From Basidiobolus meristosporus CBS 931.73 (Eukaryota; Fungi; Basidiobolomycota): DNA of 64,000 bases. Location: the NCBI GenBank assembly GCA_002104905.1, contig MCFE01000114.1:101976-165975 (forward strand). Direction: 5' to 3'. Numbering within the stretch: position 1 is the first letter of the stretch; every line of letters begins with the position of its first letter. The position numbers were made by a program, and so were the translations under genes. The notes below the pieces were generated by a model that saw only the letters and a list, made by a program, of their open reading frames with translations, was not told the DNA's origin and made no database searches. This document shows, one piece after another, positions 49,613 through 60,215 of this stretch.

Positions 49613-49731
49613 TCAGTGTGCTAGGGCCCATATACCCCTAGGGAGTTTTCCTACCCACCCTAGGCAGCTTTCCAATACCTCGAGGCTTCCATGATCATAT
49701 CCATCATTTCATCCAACGGTGCAATCGTAAT

Positions 49732-50000
49732 AAATCTGAGCATTAGGCAATTTGCGTTTTCAATGTTGGAATTCATCGACGATGTTTGTTTATTTAACAA
49801 TGGTGCTTACTGGATAAACAATTGATTGATGCTAAAGAGGATTAGTCTAGTTGGTCTTAAGGGTTAGTCATTGAAATCTCACATTGCCTAATGCTCCGAT
49901 TTTTTTATGTTGGAATTCATCGACGATGTCTATTTGTTTAACCATGGTGTTTATTGGGATTCATTAAATATACAATTGATTCGTGTTTAAGAGGATTGAT
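49732..50000. repeat. 20-bp inverted repeat (49732-49751 / 49883-49902) enclosing a duplicate of the lipocalin 3' end
   Basis: aaatctgagcattaggcaat vs attgcctaatgctccgattt (19/20); direct repeat atgttggaattcatcgacgatgt at 49763 and 49907. Confidence 0.75.
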
Positions 50001-50595
50001 CTTGGCAGTTATCACCTCCTTGAATAGTTTTCTTAAAATCGAATAGTTTGAAGTTGTAACCCAATCCACTTGCGTATTCTACTACCTCTTGGTACTTGGA
50101 TTCATCCAACACGGGTTGACGAGCGAGAATCCAGAATGCTGATTTGCAAGTGGAGCCTACAAAGGCGATCTCATAGTCACCCCAGATGTTTATCACCATA
50201 TAATTGGGCCCCAAATCCAGACGGTCCATCAACCTGCTAAGCCAGCTCTGCTCGCTAGAAGGAAAAGTGACGTTGAGGTAGCCCGGATTGTTTTGTGGGT
50301 CTGTCTGCTGGGCCGTGCCAATAATGGACTTGGGGATGTTGGTGTTGGTGTTCACGCATGTATTGTTGACCTGAACGGTTCCATTTTCCTGTAGCGTGTA
50401 GTTGGCAGTAACGCATTTGCAATCTTTCTCGAACGTGTTGTAGACTGTCCACGTTGTTCCGATTTCGTACCATTTTCCTTGGTATTTAGTGACATCAAGG
50501 TTATATGATGGCGGTGGCGATGGACACACTGACAGCGCCCCGGTAACTCCGATCGCGGCGACAATGGTGGTTAGGGTATGGATGAAGGATTTCAT
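49987..50595 (-). CDS. Secreted lipocalin (apolipoprotein D/Blc-like), 202 aa, intronless
   Basis: Signal peptide; CP.PP...DVTKYQGKWYEI (SCR1), CVTANY, YMVI...DY (SCR2), WILAR.P (SCR3). Confidence 0.92.
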   Translation of the reverse strand: MKSFIHTLTTIVAAIGVTGALSVCPSPPPSYNLDVTKYQGKWYEIGTTWTVYNTFEKDCKCVTANYTLQENGTVQVNNTCVNTNTNIPKSIIGTAQQTDPQNNPGYLNVTFPSSEQSWLSRLMDRLDLGPNYMVINIWGDYEIAFVGSTCKSAFWILARQPVLDESKYQEVVEYASGLGYNFKLFDFKKTIQGGDNCQDQSS

Positions 50596-51102
50596 GTTTG
50601 CTCTAATGGTGGAGTCTAACGGCTCCTTAAGTACTTCTAGCGCATTTTCTTACCATCGGGAACATTGAAGGATTACTCGATTCAGGACGATGGATGATTG
50701 CTCATGTGTACGTCAATCATGACAATTTAATCCACATTCTCACACCGGGATATGTGAAACAGGAACGTACTATGTTTAGTAAGGTATTTACCAGAACGTC
50801 ATGGATTACGTTAATTTTGCACGGTTGGAAGTCACACGTGTTTGCCTTTATCAAAACGTGAACCAGATCCACAGCATTTAGGTTAGAATTAAATAGGGCT
50901 GCTGATACAGAGTCTAAAATTCTCTAATTTTGACGTACAACGATGGAGGCTCCCTGCTTGTCAATCAGCGATGCGACCGTGGGGTTCTTCCTGTTAAAGA
51001 AGCTTGCGAACAAGTGCCTCTTTTACACTCGTCGTACTGCGAAAAATGCTACCAGCGGCTTATCTAAGCATGCACAGGAGTACGCTAGTCAGCACGATCT
51101 AA

Positions 51103-51907
51103 CTGTTGTAAAAATTCGGAATTCCACCACCTGATATTATTCCAAGTCCCAACAAGGAATTTGGTGAGATTTCCCTGAGATTTGTACACTATGATGCAAG
51201 CTACTAAGCTAGATGAATATTCAGGTGCAATTACAAAATTTACAACACTCCTACTCAACTCAATATTCAATATCAACTAATTGCCATTGTGAGCTAAGAT
51301 ATTCAAACTTGTCTCTAGCTAATGGTGTAGCAAGTATTGTTGTAATTATTAAGCTGTCACCTAAATATTCATGCTAACTTAGTCACATAGATCATATTCT
51401 GTGGTTAGCATTCTGTCCTGACCAAGCTTCTTGTTGAGATTTACTTCAAAAATTTTCACCAAATCATCAGGTACCCAGATTATGATCTTTCTTAAATTTG
51501 TCCAAAAGCCCCAAACTTTGCACACATATTCTTGGGACCTTCCTTAAGAAACTCTACACGTTTGTTTGCTCTACTTTATCAAAAGTATAAATACCATACT
51601 TCTGATCAATAAATCTACAAGTGAATAACATGTAAATCCTCAAATTCTCCACATAACTTCCAATACTCCTTAGAATATTGTAACAATTATCCGGTACCCA
51701 GATTCTGACCTTTCTCAAAGTTGTTCAAAAGCCCCAAACTTTGCTCATATATTCTTGGGATATTTCTCAACATACTCTACGCATTTGCTACCATACTTTA
51801 TCAAAAGTAAAAATATCATACTTTTGATCAAGAAATCTACAAGTGAATAACATGTAAATCCTCTAGTACTCCACATCACTTCCAATCCTACTTAGGAAAT
51901 TGCAACA
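51103..51907. mobile_element. Cluster of copia LTR fragments (subfamily C, tandem plus-strand copies; one minus-strand LTR end with PPT and RNase H tail)
   Basis: tgttgtaaaaatt at 51103; ttacaacactcctactc at ~51240; LTR bodies 51360-51685 and 51690-51907. Confidence 0.8.
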
Positions 51908-51909
51908 AG

Positions 51910-54034
51910 TATGGCAGCAATCATTTCAGGTGTACAACAGTAAACCAGCAATGACCTAGATTAGATGCTTCACAACAAGCAAGGCAAGGTTGACATCATC
52001 CAGCATCAAGAATAGCAGGTTGCTAAGCTTCAAGCAGTGCCCAAAGTTCATCTTTAGACTTTTGGTTGCTTTGTTGGAGAGAACAATGAGTCTTGACAGC
52101 TTCCTCTCTATAACAAAATGCATAGAGAGGGACTACAATTGGTGATGAGCAGCTCTGAAAGATCCCAACTTGGCCTCTGATGTGGGCTTGACTTCACTTG
52201 CAAAGTAGAGAGCAGCAGCAGCAGCAGCAGTAGCAGGAGTTTAGATCTAGTGAATGTGTCTGTCTTCAGCTTGAGCACCCTCTACCTGTAGATGGCTTTC
52301 CTTGAGAGGTTCAAAAGAAATGTAGGCCTTGGCTTTATTCTTGCAGTTACCATTGACTTGTTGCAGAATGGTGAATGTGTAGTTCTGCAAGCAATATGAT
52401 GGGTGTCAATATAGATTTTTGGCATCACTGAACCTTCCAGCACACATCTTGTTCTTCCTGGGGGGAGGTTTGTAGGAAGATGGCAGAGTACCAGACAGAC
52501 AGCTGGTAACTGGGGAGCAGTGCATTAAGGGAGGTCAGCAGGAGAACAGTGCTGAGGAATATTGATGACAGAGGAGATGAAGCAGATAGTAGAGGTAATA
52601 TTTTTCAAGCAGTAGCAAAGCAATGAAAGTTTGTTAATAGTGTAGAAGGTAGCTCAACATCAATCAAACAAAGAAGGACAACCTTGAAAGATGTCTTTCA
52701 AGTACTACTCTTGTAGCTGGAAGTGGCTATTATCAAGTAGCAATTTTCAGACAGTCAGACAGACTTGATATTGCTTGATCCTTGAGCAAGTAGGTCACAT
52801 CATAGCTGGAAGCTTGTCACTTTATTGCAGTAAACAAAGACATGATGACAACACAAACTTGGGGCTAGTCAAATAGCGGTGAGTCAGAGTTTTTATATTC
52901 AGTGGTGATTATCTTGAAATAAGACTTCAGCCAGTCAATGTACTTTTTGCACAAAAGCAGCATGATCAGCAATGTTATGGTCCAAAATAACTTCCAACAT
53001 CTTCCCCTCTCACCAGGCCAGGCTGGCTATTCTTGCAAGCTTAATTTTACATGCCATAGGTGCTTTCCTGATATTCAAAATGGTGGTCCAGGGCACTTAC
53101 TTTAGGGACTTGACTGTCCAGGTAGAAGCTAGTGGTAGGCTAACTGGGGGCTTGTTTGCACTTCTTAATTGTACTGGGTCTGCAGCAGTAGTTTGAGAGG
53201 AGTTTGGGATCTCAGTTGAGGCTTAGCTTGAGGAGTTATGCAGATTGGTAATGGAGCTGGATGTGTAGATGATCCTTGATAGAACCATGCCTGCATAGGT
53301 CAGGGGTAAAGTGGAAGTAATTCTAGCAGTAGAAGTAGCTGGTGCAGGCAGAGGCAGAAGCTGGTGCAGGGGGAGCAATCACCTGGAACATAACTGCAGA
53401 AGCAGATTTTCTAGGAAGACAAGATTCACTATCCAGTTGCTTTGCAGCAAGTCAAGGTAGCTGTTATGAATAGACACAAGGCAGGAGGAAAAGCTAGGCA
53501 TGGCAGGAAAGGACTTAGGTGTGGACCATCAGGGCAAGGCAGGATTCAAGGCAAGGCTGTTTATTCAAGACCTGTGTTTATCAGACTGAGGAATACTTAA
53601 GGGGGGGTAGGACTATATATACTTTTTGGCTATACTGATGCCAAGAGATATTAGCTAATACTAATGGGGTTGTGGGGTGAGGCACAGCAATGGTGCTGGG
53701 GATAATGACACAGATGACACGGCACTGAGACAGGATGGGGAAATGGATTGGGTCACCTGATCATGTGACTAAGTCATTTGACCTGGTATTTCCATATATG
53801 GTACTGGACTATGAAAAATACAACGGAGAGCTTCCATGGAATGTTCCATTGTGTAACAATGGTTTGGAATGGTCAGGAACTTTCTGGAAGGTGGTAGAAG
53901 GTTCCAGAAGGAATCTCTTAGAAATTGAGCTAGGAAGCTGAAACTTGGCATGGGTGTTCATGGTTATCATGTGATTGTGACAGTAGCATTTCTGTGGCAT
54001 AGGGTTATGCTCATGAACAGAAACAGGAGGATAG
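51910..54034 (-). mobile_element. Heavily decayed transposon-derived sequence, including a family-Y-related LTR-like segment (~53590-54030)
   Basis: CpG-poor, stop-riddled; ccatatatgg and gaaggttc.agaag motifs shared with the Y LTR; class of the internal part unresolved. Confidence 0.45.
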
Positions 54035-57000
54035 TGTTGTAAGAGTCTTGGAGATATTGGAAGTGATTGGGAGAACAAGTAGATTATGTGGTTTTCACTT
54101 AATGATTTATTGAATGTAAAAGTAGTATTTATACTTTTACCTGGTCTTGGCATTACAAACAATTAGAATAGGTTAAGGAAGGTCCCAAGAACATGTGTGC
54201 AAAGTTTGGGGCTGTTTGGACAACTTAGAATATTTTCACCAAAATGCCAGGTACCCAGAACATGAAAATTCTCAAAGTAAATCCCGACAATGAATTTGGT
54301 CAGTATTCTCTAGGATTTGAGGGTAATGATCTAAGTGACTAAGTTAGGTGAATATTTAGGTGGAAATTACAAATTTTTACAACACTCCCACTCAGCTAAA
54401 TGTTCATACTGACTAGTCCTAATTTTGACCCAAGATATTCAAACTTGTCTCTAGCTAATGGTTTGGTAAATATGTCTGCAATCATTTCATCTGAAGGACA
54501 GTAAACTAAGCTAACTAAGTTATTGTCTATAGCTTCACGTATGAAATGATTTCTAATATCTATGTGCTTGGATCTAGCATGAAAAGTTGGATTTCTACCT
54601 AATTGTATACATCCTTGATTATCTTGAAATAAAGTAATAGGCGTTTTTTGACATGGGCCTAAATCTGTAAAGAGCTTTCTTAACCACATTGCTTCTTTTG
54701 TAGCTTCACAGGCTGCCATATACTCTGCCTCTGTGGTAGAAAGTGCTATGGTTGGTTGCTTTCTTGAATTCCATGAAATTGCTCCTTGACAGTAAAGAAA
54801 GGTGTATCCTGTGGTGGATCTTTGGTCTTCTAAATTTTGTCCCCAATCTGCATCAGAGTATCCCACAAGATCTTGTTCTGAGTCCTTATAGGTGTATCTT
54901 AAGCAGATATCAGCAGTTCCTTTTAGGTATCTAAAAATCCGCTTAACTGCTGCAATATGATCAGATCCATAGCTCTGATTATGTTGGCTGACAACTCCCA
55001 CTGAATATGAGATACCTGGACGTGTTCCAAGCATGATGTACATCAGACTGCCGACCATAGATTAATAAGGAAAGTCAGGGCTTTCAGATGGCACCAGGCT
55101 CTCTTGATTTGGTTGAGTTTTGACCAAGTTAAGGTTTGTCTCCATTGGGGTAGCTGCCGGTTTACAGTCTTCCATTTTGTACTTCTTTAGTATATCTTGA
55201 ATATACTTGGATTGGCTTAGGGTAATAGTCTGGGTACTTCTGTCTATGGAGAGCTTAATCCCTAAGTAGTAACTAAGTTCTCCTAGATTGGACATCTTGA
55301 ACTCCTTAGATAGGCTGGATTTAGTCTCTTCCAATGTTTCTAGGTTATTGGCGGCTATAATAAGATCATCCACATATAGAGCTAATAGAACTGGATTTGC
55401 TCTATCTGGCTTATAGTATATACTATAGTCAGCATTACTCCTTTTGAAACTCAAAGATTCCAAATAAGAATCTATCTTGCAATTCCAGGCTCTCGATGAT
55501 TGTTTGAGACCATATAGTGACTTTTTAAGCTTGCAGACCAAATGGGGGTTATTTTGGTCAACAAACCCATCAGGCTAGTCCATATACACGTCCTCATCAA
55601 GTTCTCCATTCAAAAATGCAGTTTTTACATCCATTTGATGAATAAAAAACTTATATTTGGCTGCAATAGCCAATATTAATCTGATGGAATTAAACTTGGC
55701 TACCGGTGTGGTGGTGTAGAGGTACTCCTGGGAGAAGCTACACAACTCAAGGTGTGTGAGGTGTCTGATGGGTGCAATAGCCTCTGTGTCTAAACTGCTG
55801 GTGCCTTTGTCAATATGTCACTATGGTAAAAGCTCCTGCTTCTCTAGCTTCCTAGGTGCTCCAAGTGTCTCCAAAGGCCTCTGTGTGTCTTGTGCACTAC
55901 CCTGAAAAGCTCCTTGATGGCAGGTCTGAGATGTACTGTTGAAGGCAGGTGCAGTGATCAACTGCTAATCAATAAGGTAGAAGTGTTACTGATAGAAGGG
56001 ATGATTTATTGATGAGGGATTACTTTCCCTTAAATACTTTTCCTGATTGCCAAGTGATTACTAATGACAAGGTTCTAGAAGATTCTAGGTATCAGTGGAA
56101 TTCTTGATGACATCACTATGAGCTAAAAATATGCCAAGAATGTCCTGGAAGGTTCTAAAAGGCACAGCACTCTCAACCAATCAGGAATCAGTAGTTTGAA
56201 ACCTGTGCAACATAGAAATACCATATATGGTATTGAAATGGTAGGGATGGTAACACAGACCTAGGTCATGTGTCACAGGTACTGACGCGGGTACTTGCCT
56301 TATATAGATACATCTACTGATCACAAAGCTGAATAACATCTGGGATAACTAATGCTAATAACTAATCAGGGTAAACATCATATGGGGATAATACTGATAA
56401 TATGGGCAAAAGAAGAATGGGATAATACTGATGAGATAAAATATGGATAAGTATATCATAATGACTATATGAATAAACTTGTCTGTGGGAGGTATGTTTA
56501 CCCTACCACACCAGTGGAAAGGTCTCAGTATAGTCAAGTCCTTTTGTTTGAGAGTATCCTTTGGCTACAAGTCTTGCTTTGTATCTTTCAATTGTACCAT
56601 CAGCCTTGTATTTTGTCTTAAAGACCCATCTGCATCCAATTGATTTTTGGTTGATTGGTAATTTGACTAAGTCCCAAGTTTGATTTTCCATCAGGGCCTG
56701 ATATTCCTCAGTCATTGCAGATCTCCAAAACTTTGTCTGAGGGCTATTTAGGGCCTCTTTTACAGTCTGGGGTTCATCAATATGGACTGAATAGGCATAG
56801 GCTAAGTTTGTACCCTCATTGATATAGTAATTTGGGCTATTTCTTGTCCGATTGGATCTCCAGGCATTTAATACTGAAATGATCACTTCTGGGATATTCC
56901 TGGGCACTGATTCTGGCTGAACCACGGTTGTAGAGTCCTCTGGAGTGAAAAAATCTTCATTGTTTTGCTCTGATTCAATCCTGACAATTGGTGGACTTGA

Positions 57001-59529
57001 GATCAAATTTTTGTCATCATCTGATGTCATTTTTTGTGAAAATTTTGAATTTTCATCAAACAACACATCCCTGGACTTGATCAGCTTCTTTGCTTTGGTA
57101 TTGTAGAGTCTGTATGCCTTACTCTCATTGCAGTAGCCCAAAAATATGCATTTTAAACTTTTTGGCTCAAATTTTGACTGCTTTCCAGCCAGTTTTTTGG
57201 CATATGCTGTGCACCCAAATATTCTTAGATATTCTGCACTTGGTCTGTATCCATACCATGCTTCAAATGGAGTAGAATCACAAAGTATTCTGTTATAACT
57301 CCTATTTTTAAGATATACAGCAGTGGCAACTGATTCCACCCAAAAATCATAGGATAATTTTTGATCATGGATCATAGATCTTGCCATATCAATTATTGAT
57401 CTGTTAGCTTGTTCTGCTGCTCCATTTTGCTGTGGGGAGTATGGTACAGTAGTCTCTTGCTTTATCCCATGAATTTTGCAGAAGTGGATGAAGAGTTTTG
57501 AGGTACATTCTCCACCATTGTCAGAGCATATTTTCTGGATTTTTTCACCAGTTTCTCTCTCCACCATGGCTTTAAACTCCCTGAACTTAGACAGAGCTTC
57601 TTCCTTTCTCTCCATGAAGTAGACCCATGTGTATCTTGTATAATCATCAATAAAAGTGATTAAATACTTCATCCCGCCTAAGGATAAATTTTGCATAGGT
57701 CCACACAGATCTGAGTGAATTAGATCTAATTCTTTCTTAGTTTTGATTAACCCAGAGCTCTTGAACGGTTGTCTGGCTTGTTTCCCATATATGCAGGCTT
57801 CACAGTGCTCCAAAATAGCTGGGGGATCAATTTTCACTCCAGAAATGAGCTGATCTTTGATCATTTTACGCAAATAATCAAAATTGATGTGTCCAAATCT
57901 CCTGTGCCAAAGCATTGGTGTTTCTTCATTTAAGTTACTTATATTGGCTTCCAGATATGATGGAATATAAGTCAACTTGTATAGATTCTGATCTCTGATG
58001 CCCAAAGCAATATGAGCACCATTTTGATCAGTGATCCTGCATCCAGAATTGTCAAAACTGAAACTGAGTCCTTCTGCTGTAGCCTTGCTTACAGAAAGTA
58101 GGTTCTTGGCTATTTCTGGTACATAGAGTACTTCTTTAAAGGTCAGTGTATGGCTTCCTTCACTGCTTCTAAGGTTTACTTGGATAGTTCCTTCTCCCAC
58201 TGCATCAAGTGTTCTATTTTCACCCATGAAAACCTTCTTAATTGGAATTTCTTGATATTGGGTAAAAAGTTCTTTTTGGTGTGTAAAGTGTTGAGAAGCT
58301 CCAGAATCAATATACCACGTCTGAGAATCCTTGTTTGTGGTCATATTTAGTGCAGATATGAATAGTCTATCTTCAGTTGTTGCAGCATTTCCATATTCAG
58401 GCTTCTTTTGCTGATAATCTCTCTTTTTGAAACACCGGTCTGATGTGTGTCCTTTCCTTTTGCAGTAGTTGCAAAATAGGTTGCTGTTGCCTTTGTAGGG
58501 TCTTGGGTACCTCCTTTGTTGGTTATCATTGCTTATTAAAGCATTTTCTTCTTCCTTCTTATTGGCGCTTGATTTTCTTAATTCTTGATCCAGGAGCCTT
58601 CCATATATGTAATTTAAGGTCAAATCTTCAGTTCTGGACTCTAGGGCTAATACAAGGCCCTGAAACTTGTCTGTCAGGCTATTCAGGATGGTAACTATCA
58701 CATCCTCATCAGTAGTTGGTACGCCCACAGATTCCATCTCATCTACCAGCAGAGTAATTCTGTTAATTAGATTTCTCATTTCTTCTCCTGGCAGCATCTT
58801 TGTAGTAAAGAATTTTCTTCTCAGATACATTTTCTTGGCAGCTGAACATGACTGGTAGGTGTCTTCTAATGCTTTCCAGGCATTCTTTGCCGTTTTTGCT
58901 CTTGAGCATTGAATTAGCAATTTGTCCTTGACATTAAGGCAAATGCAGTTAAAGGCACTTTGTTCTTTCTTCTGGTACTTCAAGGCTTCCTCTCCCACAT
59001 TTTTAGGAGGGTATTCTTCTCCCATGACAATATCCCAAAGGCCTCTTTCTTGTAGCAGCATCTTCATCTTCACCTTCCACACTGGGTAGTTAGAGCCATC
59101 TAACTTTTCAGCAGAGGGAAAAATTCCAGTAATAGCAGTAGTAGACATTGCAGAGAGTGACAGCTTGGGGCTCATAACCTGTTGTAAGAGTCTTGGAGAT
59201 ATTGGAAGTGATTGGGAGAACAAGTAGATTATGTGGTTTTCACTTAATGATTTATTGAATGTAAAAGTAGTATTTATACTTTTACCTGGTCTTGGCATTA
59301 CAAACAATTAGAATAGGTTAAGGAAGGTCCCAAGAACATGTGTGCAAAGTTTGGGGCTGTTTGGACAACTTTGAGAATTTTCATGTTCTGGGTACCTGGC
59401 ATTTTGGTGAAAATATTCTAAGTAAATCCCGACAATGAATTTGGTCAGTATTCTCTAGGATTTGAGGGTAATGATCTAAGTGACTAAGTTAGGTGAATAT
59501 TTAGGTGGAAATTACGAATTTTTACAACA
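54035..59529 (-). mobile_element. Full-length Ty1/copia retrotransposon copia-3 (youngest), interrupted by a solo LTR
   Basis: LTRs 59180-59529 and 54035-54384, TSD GATAG both sides, PBS 59168-59179; gag-pol open from ATG 59148 to the insertion at ~56515; nonsense codons at 55575-55577 and 55062-55064; YVDD RT motif. Confidence 0.98.
55707..56510. mobile_element. 804-bp solo LTR of family Y (probably Ty3/gypsy) inserted in copia-3 RT
   Basis: Termini tgtggtgg...ctaccaca, 4-bp TSD CCGG (55703-55706) / CCAG (56511-56514); removal restores ETFAPVAK of RT. Confidence 0.9.
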
Positions 59530-59599
59530 GATAGAGCAGGGCAGCAATGGAGAGGTAGTAGTGCTGTGAGGGAGTTTTTAGCATGGTATTTTGGGCAGT

Positions 59600-60215
59600 T
59601 TTCAGGACAGTAATTGCTTCCTTCTAAAGCTTTTTGCATTAGTCATTGAGTCTTTTATTTTTAGTAGTCAAAACAATATCAGCAGCTTCTAAATCAGAAA
59701 TTCCCCTGACAATTGCAAAGAATCTTTGGAGTAATGCATCAGTAGAAGTGCTGGTAACTGGGAGAGCAGTAGCAGGAATACAGTTTGGTGAAGAAGTACT
59801 GTTCAGAGGCAAAGAAAGTGGACTGGCAGATTCCAGTACAATAGCAGATATTCAAGTAGGAGGAAACAGAGTATCCAAGGCAGTAACAGATACATTTCAT
59901 GTTGATGAAGCAGATGCGGGGGTGCAAGCCTGATGAGAAACTAGGAAGGAGAGAGCGCCGGAGGAAATGGAGTCCTGTGCTTGTCAACCATATCTTCCAT
60001 TGGAGTAATCCCAGTACTCCTTGTGCATTTGAACAGAAACGTAAGCTTTCAGAGTGTGCCAGTTCTTCATTTTCTGTTGACAGTTGCTTTAATTCCATAG
60101 TTGGCAAGTGTATCTTGGCAGACTTGTCAAAGCAATTGAGAACCTTCCTTTCAAATGTAGTAGGCTCCTGTTGAGGTTTTGGTGGCATATCCAGAGGTTC
60201 AGCTTCAAATTCCAA
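59600..60215 (-). pseudogene. Decayed coding sequence of unknown origin
   Basis: MEFEAEPLDMPPKPQQEPTTFERKVLNCFDK..., then frameshift into an S/T/P-rich frame with stops; CpG-poor like adjacent TEs. Confidence 0.35.

Noticed and set aside
52212-52236. (GCA)n microsatellite, and (GGATT)n at ~35543-35565
   Set aside because: Ordinary short simple repeats in TE and intron sequence.
52600-53000. Possible LINE endonuclease remnant (ILDHNIADH)
   Set aside because: Single weak motif in heavily decayed sequence; class cannot be assigned.
59149-59307. 53-codon in-frame extension of gag-pol into the LTR (ORF track starts at MFVMPRPG...)
   Set aside because: The upstream ATGs lie 5' of the LTR TATA box (tataaata), so they are unlikely to be in the transcript; the frame is not kept in the B-type LTR.
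59900-60050. GCR1_C-like reading of SVQMHKEYWDY
   Set aside because: Resemblance too short and frameshifted to support a domain call.
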